Positions 27,289-35,295 of a DNA stretch of 45,218 nucleotides are shown one piece after another. Source of the DNA: an uncultured Rhizobium sp. (GTDB lineage Bacteria > Pseudomonadota > Alphaproteobacteria > Micropepsales > Micropepsaceae); the NCBI GenBank assembly GCA_964461855.1, contig CAYWWT010000001.1:1-45218 (forward strand). The letters are read 5' to 3'. Made by a program: the position numbers and the translations under genes. The notes beneath the pieces were generated by a model. That model ran no database searches. It was given only the letters and a program-made list of their open reading frames with translations, and was not told the DNA's origin. The stretch's first letter is position 1. Each line of letters starts with the position of its first letter.

Positions 27289-29037
27289 ATGCAGCTTCGC
27301 CCGCGCCAGTCCGCCTTTGTTGATCGGTTTGTCGCCGCGCTCCGCGCGCACGGCAATACCATCGGCGTGGCGCCCACCGGCGCGGGCAAGACTGTCATGT
27401 TGTCGGCCGTCGCCTCCGCCAAGCCGAAATGGGACGGTCCCATCTGCGTCCTGCAACATCGCGATGAGCTGGTAGGCCAAAACCGCAAAACGCTGTTCGC
27501 CTTTAATAAGGCGATGCCGTCCGATGTTTTTATTGCCGACCGAAAGCGCTGGGCCGGCGACGGTTGCACCTTCGCCATGATCCAGACCCTCGCCAGGCGC
27601 GAAAATCTCGAAACCATGCCGCCACTGGGGGCGCTGCTGGTGGATGAAGCCCACCATATCGCCAGCGATAGCTATTTGCGGGTGATCGACCATGCCCGCA
27701 AGGTGAACCCCAATGTGGTGATCGGCGGCGTTTCCGCCACGCCCAATCGCGGCGACAAGAAAGCGCTCAAGGGCGTCTTCACCAACTGCGCCGACCAAAT
27801 CACCATCAAGGAACTGATCGAAACCGGCTTCCTGGTGCGGCCGCGGACGCTAGTGGTGGACCTTGGCGTGCAAAGCGCCCTGGGCGCCGTGCGGCGCACG
27901 GCCCAGGACTTCGATATGTCCGAGGTCGAAAAGATCATGGACCATCAGGTCTTGAATGACCGCATTGTTGAGGAATGGAAAAAGGTCGCCAGTGACCGCC
28001 TCACCGTTGTCTTCTGCTCCACTGTTCAGCACGCCGGCCACGTCCGCGATGCTTTCGCCGCCGCCGGCGTCACCGCTGCCGTTGTCACTGGCGAAATGGG
28101 CGACAAGGACAGGCGCGATACCCTGGCAGCTTTCGACCGTGGCGAAATCCAGGTCGTCATCAATGTCGCGGTTCTGACCGAAGGGTGGGACTGCCAGCCG
28201 GTCGGCTGCGTCATCCTGCTGCGCCCCTCTTCCTACAAATCCACCATGATCCAGATGATCGGCCGCGGGCTGCGCAAGGTCGACCCCGAGCGCTATCCCG
28301 GCGTCAAAAAAGACGATTGTTGGATACTGGACTTCGGAACATCGGTCCTGATGCACGGCTCCGTCGAGCAGGAAGTTTATCTCGAAGGTCAGGGCACGAA
28401 GACATGCGGCGCCTGCGACGCCGAAGTCCCAGCGCAATGCCAGGAATGCCCGATCTGCGGAACCGAATTTCCCAAAGAGGTCGAGGCCGTCGAAACCAAG
28501 ACGTGCAAAGCCTGCGGCGCCGAAAACACTATGTTCGCCCGCACATGCATCGTCTGCAATGAACCATTCGGAGAACAAAAGGAAAAATCCGAATTGACGG
28601 ATTTCCACCTGGCGGAAATCGACCTTCTCAATATGTCGCCCTATCGCTGGGAAACCATGTTCGAGGGCATTGTTTATATCGCATGTGCCTTTGAGGCATG
28701 GGCGATGTGCGTGGCCTACAATGGCCGCTGGATCGCCATGGGCGGAGCCAAGGGCCAGCCTCTCCGTCTCTTGGCGGACAATGCGGATCATGTGCTGTCC
28801 CTGGTGACGGCCGATGATTACATGCGCGAGGCCGGCAATCTGGAAGAAGCGGCAAAAACCAAGCGGTGGCTGTCGCTGCCGCCGAGCGACAGGCAGCTTG
28901 AACTGCTGCAGCTTACGCCGATGACGGCTGTGGGTCTGACGCGCTATCGCGCGGCCTGCTGCCTGACATGGAAGTTCAACGAGCGTGCCATCAAGCGGCG
29001 CCTGGAAGACCACTTCAATCAACGGTTGGCGGCGTGA
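27289..29037 (+). CDS. SF2 DEAH helicase (RadD/YejH-like) with zinc ribbons
   Basis: APTGAGKT, VDEAHH, SAT, VLTEGWD, QMIGRGLR; four CxxC pairs in the C-terminal part. Confidence 0.92.
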   Translation: MQLRPRQSAFVDRFVAALRAHGNTIGVAPTGAGKTVMLSAVASAKPKWDGPICVLQHRDELVGQNRKTLFAFNKAMPSDVFIADRKRWAGDGCTFAMIQTLARRENLETMPPLGALLVDEAHHIASDSYLRVIDHARKVNPNVVIGGVSATPNRGDKKALKGVFTNCADQITIKELIETGFLVRPRTLVVDLGVQSALGAVRRTAQDFDMSEVEKIMDHQVLNDRIVEEWKKVASDRLTVVFCSTVQHAGHVRDAFAAAGVTAAVVTGEMGDKDRRDTLAAFDRGEIQVVINVAVLTEGWDCQPVGCVILLRPSSYKSTMIQMIGRGLRKVDPERYPGVKKDDCWILDFGTSVLMHGSVEQEVYLEGQGTKTCGACDAEVPAQCQECPICGTEFPKEVEAVETKTCKACGAENTMFARTCIVCNEPFGEQKEKSELTDFHLAEIDLLNMSPYRWETMFEGIVYIACAFEAWAMCVAYNGRWIAMGGAKGQPLRLLADNADHVLSLVTADDYMREAGNLEEAAKTKRWLSLPPSDRQLELLQLTPMTAVGLTRYRAACCLTWKFNERAIKRRLEDHFNQRLAA

Positions 29038-29264
29038 ATGAAAATCTCCCGGCGGAACCTCCGTACTTTGGCAACAGCGATTGCGGCGGTAGTTCCGTTT
29101 GCTGTCGCGTCTGTGGAAGTGCCCGCGCCCATTATGGCTTCGCTACGCCAGGCACTTACGAAATGCCACGCCGCTGGTACTGCCGCGAACACGCGGAAAT
29201 GCTCGCGCCGGCCGTCTCATCCCATATCGTCAAAGTGATGGAGGCCAGCAATGACTTCACATAA
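29034..29264 (+). CDS. Small zinc-finger protein
   Basis: GTGA overlap with the helicase stop; CRVCG...AHYGF...WYCREH. Confidence 0.6.
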   Translation: MNENLPAEPPYFGNSDCGGSSVCCRVCGSARAHYGFATPGTYEMPRRWYCREHAEMLAPAVSSHIVKVMEASNDFT

Positions 29265-29433
29265 AGCAGCCATTTCCTCCGGTCGATTGTGTGGTGCCTC
29301 TACCACTATTGGCGGACGCCGTTTTACGCGCTCGCGCGGTCGGATCGTCTGTTACGAGCGCAGCGAGAGCGTGAAATCGCGCGGCATCGAAGAATTGCAC
29401 GCACGGAGTTTCGGCAACACATCCGATATCTGA
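29251..29433 (+). CDS. Small hypothetical protein
   Basis: 60 aa, ATG after GGAGG. Confidence 0.4.
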   Translation: MTSHKAAISSGRLCGASTTIGGRRFTRSRGRIVCYERSESVKSRGIEELHARSFGNTSDI

Positions 29434-29449
29434 CCCGGAGGGAAATTAA

Positions 29450-29548
29450 ATGGAAACGTGGCTACGCGACATCTTGCTTTTCTCTGGCGGGGCCATCGCC
29501 GGCGTCATCGTCATGGCCTTACTGGCCTTCACTTCTGATCGAAACTGA
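29450..29548 (+). CDS. 32-aa single-TM peptide
   Basis: METWLRDILLFSGGAIAGVIVMALLAFTSDRN, RBS GGAGG; below the track cutoff. Confidence 0.5.
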   Translation: METWLRDILLFSGGAIAGVIVMALLAFTSDRN

Positions 29549-29562
29549 AAGCGAGCCCTGAA

Positions 29563-29769
29563 ATGCGCAGCGATATGACAATCTGGCAGCGGGCTGCATG
29601 GAAGGCCGTTCCATCGGCAAATATCCATTTTCCGCGAGATGGCTTTCTGGTGACATGGAGCGTGATCGCGGACTTGCCTGTGCCCGTGCTGTTGCTGACC
29701 GGGCTGAATGAATTGCTGGCGAAGTACCTCGCCAATTCCCACAACCTGCTTTTGTCGAAGCAGCAATAG
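29563..29769 (+). CDS. Small hypothetical protein (array member)
   Basis: 68 aa; junction TGA-AAGCGAGCCCTGAA-ATG. Confidence 0.45.
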   Translation: MRSDMTIWQRAAWKAVPSANIHFPRDGFLVTWSVIADLPVPVLLLTGLNELLAKYLANSHNLLLSKQQ

Positions 29770-29780
29770 GCGAGCCGATC

Positions 29781-29861
29781 ATGCCGGGCAGATTTCCAGA
29801 AGTGCTGCTGTGGGCGACCCTGCTCGGCGTTCTCGTTATCTCCTATTTCACCGGACATTGA
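29781..29861 (+). CDS. 26-aa single-TM peptide (array member)
   Basis: MPGRFPEVLLWATLLGVLVISYFTGH; exactly fills the gap between two GAGCC junctions. Confidence 0.5.
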   Translation: MPGRFPEVLLWATLLGVLVISYFTGH

Positions 29862-29873
29862 AGGAGCCCCAAC

Positions 29874-30074
29874 ATGGCACGGATTGAGTTTTACAATGGT
29901 GACGCCGACAAGGCGCTGGCAATCATCGATAGCGATGCAGTCCCGCGCGAAGGCGAAGTCATCAATATCCGCAAGCTGTCTTACACCGTCACTCGCGTTA
30001 CCTGGGCGGTGGACTATGCCGATAACCCGCCGTCAACGCTGCGGGCCAACGTCGTGCTGCAACCCCTCACATAA
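29874..30074 (+). CDS. Small beta-barrel-like protein (array member)
   Basis: VPREGEVINI...YTVTRVTW motif; RBS AGGAG. Confidence 0.6.
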   Translation: MARIEFYNGDADKALAIIDSDAVPREGEVINIRKLSYTVTRVTWAVDYADNPPSTLRANVVLQPLT

Positions 30075-30083
30075 GGCGAGCGT

Positions 30084-30251
30084 ATGATGGCCGAGATTGT
30101 AACCTTGAAGATGCAGCGCCGCGAAGATGGCGGCTTGCGCGTCTGGTCCGACAAAGTTGGTGGCCTGATCCTATCCGGCTCGGACCCGGAAAAGGTCATG
30201 TCGAAAATATGGCCGGGGCTTGTTGCCCTTAAAGCCGAACCGCAGAAGTAA
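30084..30251 (+). CDS. 55-aa HicB-fold-like protein (array member)
   Basis: MMAEIVTLKMQRREDGGLRVWSDKVGGLILSGSDPEKVM resembles the HicB N-terminal pattern. Confidence 0.45.
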   Translation: MMAEIVTLKMQRREDGGLRVWSDKVGGLILSGSDPEKVMSKIWPGLVALKAEPQK

Positions 30252-30263
30252 GGAGTATCAAAA

Positions 30264-30416
30264 ATGAACAGCGGTCCTATTGCAGCAGCAGCCTTCGTCA
30301 TCGCCCTGGTGATGTGCGCAATGATCCTTCCGGCGGCATGGCATTGTCGCGGCTTCACCTATTCCTGCTTTGACCGGGCAATGGGCATGTCCGCCCCCTC
30401 AATCTCCAACCGATAG
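30264..30416 (+). CDS. 50-aa membrane peptide (array member)
   Basis: Hydrophobic N-terminal half, three Cys; RBS AAGGAG. Confidence 0.5.
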   Translation: MNSGPIAAAAFVIALVMCAMILPAAWHCRGFTYSCFDRAMGMSAPSISNR

Positions 30417-30426
30417 CGAGCGGTCT

Positions 30427-30687
30427 GTGCGAAAGCTGAAAATCACATTGCCGCCTCCTGCACCGGAACCGAAGCCGTTTCGCTGCAGCGTGTGTGGCGA
30501 GGTGCAGGAACACTGGCAGCGATACATTGAGGGGCGCAAGCGCACCCTCTGCAATCCATGCGCGAGGCTTCTCACGCCGCCGAAGGCGCGCCTGGGCTGG
30601 CGCCATTATGAGGTTTTCAATCACCGGGACGCCGCCACCTGGGGCGACATCAACCACCTTGTCGTGATGTTGGGGGCCGCAGGATGA
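30427..30687 (+). CDS. Small CxxC-CxxC zinc protein (array member)
   Basis: GTG after TAGCGAGCGG; CSVC...CNPC. Confidence 0.55.
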   Translation: MRKLKITLPPPAPEPKPFRCSVCGEVQEHWQRYIEGRKRTLCNPCARLLTPPKARLGWRHYEVFNHRDAATWGDINHLVVMLGAAG

Positions 30688-30923
30688 ACGCCGAAGAAAA
30701 AAGCCAGGGGCCGATGACGGCGCGCTTCGACCTTCTCACCTTCACGGACGATCTCATCGGGGATTTGCGCGACTTACGCCAAGGCAAGATCAGCGTCAGG
30801 GATGCCAGGGCACGGGCTGAGATTGCCCGCCAGGTGCTACGCGCCGTCCACTATGTGGTCAGCGCTCAGAAGTTCATCGAACAGCAAGCGTTGCCGGTAC
30901 CCCCGGCTGCGCCTGCGGAATAA
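30684..30923 (+). CDS. Small helical protein (array member)
   Basis: 79 aa, ATGA-coupled to the previous ORF. Confidence 0.55.
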   Translation: MNAEEKSQGPMTARFDLLTFTDDLIGDLRDLRQGKISVRDARARAEIARQVLRAVHYVVSAQKFIEQQALPVPPAAPAE

Positions 30924-30934
30924 CGGAGCGCCAG

Positions 30935-31285
30935 ATGGCATTCAAAGAAGAAACTGGATGGCTGATAGAGTTTTCGCAGCGGGTGTCCGCGCAGCCATGC
31001 TGGTACGGCAAGACCGATGATGGTTTGGGCCAGACCACGGACCCCAACAAGGCTATGCGCTTCGCACGGAAGGAAGATGCCGAAATGGTGATCGAGGACA
31101 TGGGCTGGACTGAAGCCCGCGCCACCGATCACATGTGGTGCGACTATTCCCATGACTGGCATGAACGCTTTGGTCTCACATGCTGTCGAGACTGCGGGAT
31201 CGTGGAGCGGGCGGACGGCCAGAACGGCCCGTGCAAGGGGCCGACAAAGCTGCGCCCCGTCGAACCGTCAACCCCACTTACATAA
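30935..31285 (+). CDS. Small two-module protein with C-terminal zinc site (array member)
   Basis: ETGWLIE...TDPNKAMRFARKEDAE...DHMW fused to H..CCRDC..C. Confidence 0.6.
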   Translation: MAFKEETGWLIEFSQRVSAQPCWYGKTDDGLGQTTDPNKAMRFARKEDAEMVIEDMGWTEARATDHMWCDYSHDWHERFGLTCCRDCGIVERADGQNGPCKGPTKLRPVEPSTPLT

Positions 31286-31297
31286 GGCGAGCGCCCG

Positions 31298-31546
31298 ATG
31301 CGAAAGACCCTGATATTCATTCTCGCGCTTCCGCTGCTGATGCTAGCGATCGTCTGGTTTCCGCTTGGCATCCTACTTGACATCGCCATTACCCCGATAT
31401 GGGGATCGCTCGCGGTCATCTACTGGCTACGCGGCGAAGGTCTGGACCTCAGCATCTTCGCGTTGCCGCCGCTTATCCCCTTGCTGATGTGGTTTGAGGT
31501 TACGGGCTTCTGCCCGCGCCTTGCAGCCGCACTCGATCCGATCTGA
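31298..31546 (+). CDS. Small multi-pass membrane protein (array member)
   Basis: 82 aa, highly hydrophobic. Confidence 0.55.
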   Translation: MRKTLIFILALPLLMLAIVWFPLGILLDIAITPIWGSLAVIYWLRGEGLDLSIFALPPLIPLLMWFEVTGFCPRLAAALDPI

Positions 31547-31554
31547 GGAGCCCC

Positions 31555-31782
31555 ATGTCCAAGAAAAACCCGCAGCCAGAAGTGAAGGTGGGCCAAATCT
31601 GGAAAGAGAATGATCCGCGCTTCGAGCGGTTTATTCGCGTCACCTATGTCCGCGCCGACAGCATCACCATCATCCGGGTTCACGCTGACGGACTTCACTT
31701 CAAGGGCGCGTTCCACACCTGCGCGATGCCAAAGCGTTTCAACGGCAACCGTGGTGGCTATGTCATCCACCAGGACATTTGA
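31555..31782 (+). CDS. Small SH3-like protein (array member)
   Basis: VKVGQIWKENDPRFERFIRV motif; RBS GAGGAG. Confidence 0.6.
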   Translation: MSKKNPQPEVKVGQIWKENDPRFERFIRVTYVRADSITIIRVHADGLHFKGAFHTCAMPKRFNGNRGGYVIHQDI

Positions 31783-31794
31783 GGAGCCGCAGCG

Positions 31795-32067
31795 ATGAAC
31801 GCCGAACCGCAGATGCATGACGATGGCTGGCGCATCAATCTGGTGTGCTGCACTGAAATCTTGGTCCAGGAAGCCGGGATGAGGGAAGCCACGCAGAAGG
31901 GCATATCGCTCACTTATGCTATGGCGCTCAAAAGCCAGATGCAGCGCGCCGACTATCCGCGCTGGCCTGAGATCAACAAGGCGATCATCGACCGCTGGGG
32001 CATGAAGGCGTTAGAGCGCATCAAGCTGCGCGCCTACAACATCGTCACCGGCAAAATCAAACCGTAG
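31795..32067 (+). CDS. Small hypothetical protein (array member)
   Basis: LTYAMAL...WPEINKAIIDRWGMKALERIK; RBS GAGGAG. Confidence 0.6.
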   Translation: MNAEPQMHDDGWRINLVCCTEILVQEAGMREATQKGISLTYAMALKSQMQRADYPRWPEINKAIIDRWGMKALERIKLRAYNIVTGKIKP

Positions 32068-32083
32068 GAATGGAGCATCAACT

Positions 32084-32431
32084 ATGGCCGATGAAGCACG
32101 GATTAAAAAGGCACTGGCGCTGCTGGATGCCGTCGAGGCGTTCGATAAGCGCGACCCGGATGATTTTCCCGGCCCGCAGGATCGCGACCTCGAAGCCATC
32201 TGGCAGGACGGTATCACCTACGGCATGGACCGGCTTGCCGCCTGCCTGGACGTCACCGACTGGGACCGTGACGGCGGCAGCGAAAGTGTCGAAGGCGATG
32301 TGAGCCATGAAATCGGTAGCATCATGCGGAAGGTCGCGGAGCGGCGCGTGCTGGCAAACGGCGGCACTGTCGGTGCGGACGGCTTCGACGCTGCCGTTGA
32401 CGCCGAAATTGATCTGATGGCCGGACGATAG
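32084..32431 (+). CDS. Small acidic protein (array member)
   Basis: 115 aa, very Asp/Glu-rich. Confidence 0.6.
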   Translation: MADEARIKKALALLDAVEAFDKRDPDDFPGPQDRDLEAIWQDGITYGMDRLAACLDVTDWDRDGGSESVEGDVSHEIGSIMRKVAERRVLANGGTVGADGFDAAVDAEIDLMAGR

Positions 32432-32445
32432 AGGAGTGTGCACCA

Positions 32446-32754
32446 ATGCCCAAGGCAGAGTTCAAGAAACAGCAGTTCGGCGCGGAAGTGGCTGAGATAT
32501 TGGAGACAGGCGATAGCTGTCTTGAAGTGCAGCGACTTCCTGGCGGCAAGGCAAGTCTGACCGTCCACAACACCGTTTCGGAAAGCGGGCGACGTGAGGA
32601 CATGAGCATCGAACTTTCAGCAGAGCATTTCCTGATGCTGGGCTCGCTCGCCAGCAAATTGTTCAAAGAGGAAGATTGCCCGGGTCATGTCGCCAGCGAA
32701 GGCAATTCCAAAATCTGTGGCCGCTGCGGCGTCCATGTCGATGCGATGCGCTAA
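32446..32754 (+). CDS. Small protein with C-terminal zinc module (array member)
   Basis: Ends CPGHVASEGNSKICGRCGVH; RBS GAGGAG. Confidence 0.6.
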   Translation: MPKAEFKKQQFGAEVAEILETGDSCLEVQRLPGGKASLTVHNTVSESGRREDMSIELSAEHFLMLGSLASKLFKEEDCPGHVASEGNSKICGRCGVHVDAMR

Positions 32755-32767
32755 GGGAGGGATAGGA

Positions 32768-32947
32768 ATGGACAAACACCTGATCGAGGAAGGTAAAACA
32801 TACCTCGCTTTTCACGGCGTCAAATTCTACGTCCACGAAGTCACCGGACAGAAGGTGTCATTCTGCAAGGTGGGCGAGTTAGAGCGTCGTGAACGGTCCC
32901 TCGGCTGGTTCGCATCTTCCATCTCCCACGAAGTACCTAACGAATAA
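32768..32947 (+). CDS. Small SH3-like protein (array member)
   Basis: IEEGKTY...SLGWFA; RBS GGAGG. Confidence 0.55.
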   Translation: MDKHLIEEGKTYLAFHGVKFYVHEVTGQKVSFCKVGELERRERSLGWFASSISHEVPNE

Positions 32948-32958
32948 CGGAGCGGATC

Positions 32959-33117
32959 ATGCGCCGCGAATGGATAGCGAAACGCGCCGACGGGCTGGAC
33001 GGGCTCGGCAAGATGCTGGACGCCTTTGTGGAAGCGCTTAAGCAGATGACCGCCGACGAAAGGGCCGCTGTGAAAACAGAAATTCGCGACGATGCTTTTG
33101 TCGTTTATCTGGAATAG
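32959..33117 (+). CDS. 52-aa protein (array member)
   Basis: Fills the gap between the TAACGGAGCGG and TAGGAGCCC junctions. Confidence 0.5.
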   Translation: MRREWIAKRADGLDGLGKMLDAFVEALKQMTADERAAVKTEIRDDAFVVYLE

Positions 33118-33128
33118 GAGCCCTGACC

Positions 33129-33323
33129 ATGTGGGACAAAATCAGAAAAGCCGCCTTGCTGATCGAACTGGCCCTGCTAGTGGCAATCGCCATCGGCGTG
33201 TGGCGCTATCCCGAACACGCGCCGAAGTGCCATTGCCTGGCCTGTAATGAAATGTGGGCGACGATGCAGACCGCGTTGGGCGAAGCGGTTATTCCGCCCG
33301 CGCCTCCCGAAACCCTTCACTGA
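33129..33323 (+). CDS. Small TM protein with CxCxxC (array member)
   Basis: N-terminal TM helix, CHCLAC. Confidence 0.5.
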   Translation: MWDKIRKAALLIELALLVAIAIGVWRYPEHAPKCHCLACNEMWATMQTALGEAVIPPAPPETLH

Positions 33324-33336
33324 AAGCGAGCGGAAA

Positions 33337-33525
33337 ATGCCGGGTGCTGACAAAGACTATGATGATGACCTTTCTCTGGCGAAGTCGCCGAACGTGAAAA
33401 TGTCATGGCGCGACGTTCCGGTCACAATGGAGTTTTTGGCCGAATTGTTCGACGCCTATTGTGGTGCAAGTGGGCATAATCTGGTTGTTCAAATCGCGGC
33501 TTCAAAAGCTGGTCAGAAACTTTAG
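33337..33525 (+). CDS. Small hypothetical protein (array member)
   Basis: ATG after TGAAAGCGAGCGG. Confidence 0.5.
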   Translation: MPGADKDYDDDLSLAKSPNVKMSWRDVPVTMEFLAELFDAYCGASGHNLVVQIAASKAGQKL

Positions 33526-33534
33526 GAGCGAAAA

Positions 33535-33693
33535 ATGAAAGCAGAGAAGCCGCGTCAATACGTTGTGTCCTTCAACGACACCTGCAAGCAGTATGGTCCG
33601 TTCAAGGATGGCGCCGCCGCCGCGAAGTGGGCGGAGAAGCAGTTGGGCACTAGCCACAACTGGACGATCCGCCCTCTCACCACCCCGTTCTAG
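33535..33693 (+). CDS. 52-aa protein (array member)
   Basis: YGPFKDGAAAAKWAE motif; RBS TAGGAG. Confidence 0.5.
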   Translation: MKAEKPRQYVVSFNDTCKQYGPFKDGAAAAKWAEKQLGTSHNWTIRPLTTPF

Positions 33694-33707
33694 AAAGCGA
33701 GCGGATC

Positions 33708-33896
33708 ATGCCAACAGGAGATTTCCCCCAGCAATGCGGCAAGTGCGGTTTCGCCCACTATGGCCCGTGCATGTTCGCGTCGCCGTTTCCGGGTTCTGCG
33801 ATCATCACGCAGGGCTGCATCTGCCCGGCTGGCGCGGAGGCGACCTGTCAGGGGTCGTTCTGCCCGCGCAAGCCAATTCCATCCGCCACATCGTAG
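33708..33896 (+). CDS. Small Cys-rich protein (array member)
   Basis: CxxC..H..C and GCICPAGAEATCQGSFCPRK. Confidence 0.55.
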   Translation: MPTGDFPQQCGKCGFAHYGPCMFASPFPGSAIITQGCICPAGAEATCQGSFCPRKPIPSATS

Positions 33897-33948
33897 GAGC
33901 CCTCGTTCAGGGACTTGCGCGCGGACTCCAACTAGGCGGAAATGACCC

Positions 33949-34611
33949 ATGTTCAACCAGATGCACTACATGCTGAACCGGCCGTCCCGCGGTTTCGATC
34001 CGGTGCCAGCAGAGTATGCCCAGCGGTACGCTGACGCGGCCTGGGGTTATGTCAATGCTGACCTAGTGGACAGCCTGGAGACTTGGATAGGAGGCTTCCA
34101 CGGCAAGCGTGTGCTGGACCTGGGAGCCGGCCCGGGTCAGTTCGCAACCGCTTTCGCGCAGCGTGGCGCCGAAGTGACTTGGTTTGATATTTCTGAAAAT
34201 TATCGCGCGATTGCGGAGGCAAGAAGCGCCTCGGTAGGCGTGGTCCTGAAATTCTGTGTCGGATATCTCGATGACGCCCCGGAGTTGCTGCACCAACAAT
34301 ATGATTTGGTGTTCAACCACATCTGCTGGAACTACAGCATGAGCGACAACAGTTTCGCAAAGGCGATATTTGATCTCATGGCGCCGGGAGGTTTCGCCTA
34401 TCTAGACGTTCCCCTTAGCCGGCGGCAGACGGATAGCCTCGGATTTTCAGCCCGTATCCTATCGCAGCTTTACGCCGCTTCCGGCGTGAAGATCGGGCAC
34501 CCGTTCCCGCCACCTGGTAGGGTAGCGTCCATGTTCAGTGGAATGCCACTGAAATACCGACATTTTGAGACCGTTGGCGACAACGAACGCATCTTCCTCG
34601 CAAAATCTTGA
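33949..34611 (+). CDS. Class I SAM-dependent methyltransferase (small-molecule/glycan type)
   Basis: VLDLGAGPG motif I, FDIS, YDLVF, LMAPGG; no DPPY/NPPY or PC DNA-MTase motif. Confidence 0.85.
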   Translation: MFNQMHYMLNRPSRGFDPVPAEYAQRYADAAWGYVNADLVDSLETWIGGFHGKRVLDLGAGPGQFATAFAQRGAEVTWFDISENYRAIAEARSASVGVVLKFCVGYLDDAPELLHQQYDLVFNHICWNYSMSDNSFAKAIFDLMAPGGFAYLDVPLSRRQTDSLGFSARILSQLYAASGVKIGHPFPPPGRVASMFSGMPLKYRHFETVGDNERIFLAKS

Positions 34612-34640
34612 ACCACAGCTCAGGAATGGAGCATTCAGCC

Positions 34641-34832
34641 ATGAAATGCGAGGGCAAAGGGGTTTTCGATAGTCGCGCCGACGCAGAGAAAGCAGCAAAG
34701 CGAACCCGCGATTGCGGCTATGGACGGTCCATGCACGCCTATCGCTGTGGCGATTGCAGCAAGTTCCATGTTGGCCATGCCCGCACCCGTGCCAAGCAGA
34801 AGAAATTCCGCTTCAAAATGCGTCGCCATTAG
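34641..34832 (+). CDS. Small zinc-binding protein
   Basis: C..K..F....A......AYRCGDCSKFHVGH. Confidence 0.65.
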   Translation: MKCEGKGVFDSRADAEKAAKRTRDCGYGRSMHAYRCGDCSKFHVGHARTRAKQKKFRFKMRRH

Positions 34833-34860
34833 TTGATCGACATGACGGATTGCTGTCACA

Positions 34861-35295
34861 ATGCCTGATGTTCTCATTCTTCCAGCCTCCCCATTTGAAG
34901 CGCACTGGGTGCTGCCCCAGTGGCATGACCGCATCCGCGTCGTGCCGGCGCCGGATGGGTGCCGCGTCTGGGGGCGAGAAGTCATCGGGCAATGCTGGCT
35001 TTGGCTGGGCTGGAACAATGGCAAGGGCCATGGCGTCGTCCAGGTCAAAGGTCGGCGGCTCTATCTGCATCGCTATTCGCTCGCGTGCTTCCACGGCGTT
35101 GAGGTTCATCAGCTCGATACGGTCGATCACCTGTGTCGCAACCGCAACTGCTTCAACCCTCAGCACCTTGAGCCCGTCACGCCGATTGAAAACCACATCC
35201 GCGGCGACGGCCCAAAGCATCAATTCAAGAAGGCGGAAGAATACTCATCCGCCCTTTCCGACGATGACATGAACGCACTCATAAGGGGATTTTGA
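34861..35295 (+). CDS. HNH endonuclease
   Basis: CWLWLG...HRYS...DHLCRNRNCFNPQHLEPVT..EN. Confidence 0.88.
   Translation: MPDVLILPASPFEAHWVLPQWHDRIRVVPAPDGCRVWGREVIGQCWLWLGWNNGKGHGVVQVKGRRLYLHRYSLACFHGVEVHQLDTVDHLCRNRNCFNPQHLEPVTPIENHIRGDGPKHQFKKAEEYSSALSDDDMNALIRGF

Noticed and set aside
30921-32955. AACGGAG junctions at 30922 and 32946 as extra targets of the antisense RNA
   Set aside because: Only 7 nt match a', largely the SD itself, and the upstream UCCU-loop hairpin is missing.
33949-34611. DNA methyltransferase for restriction evasion
   Set aside because: It lacks the amino-MTase (D/N)PPY and C5 PC catalytic motifs.
29034-34832. Classical integron or CRISPR array
   Set aside because: The gaps are too short for attC hairpins, there is no GTTRRRY/RYYYAAC pattern, repeats are not constant in length, and the integrase looks like an ordinary phage Int.
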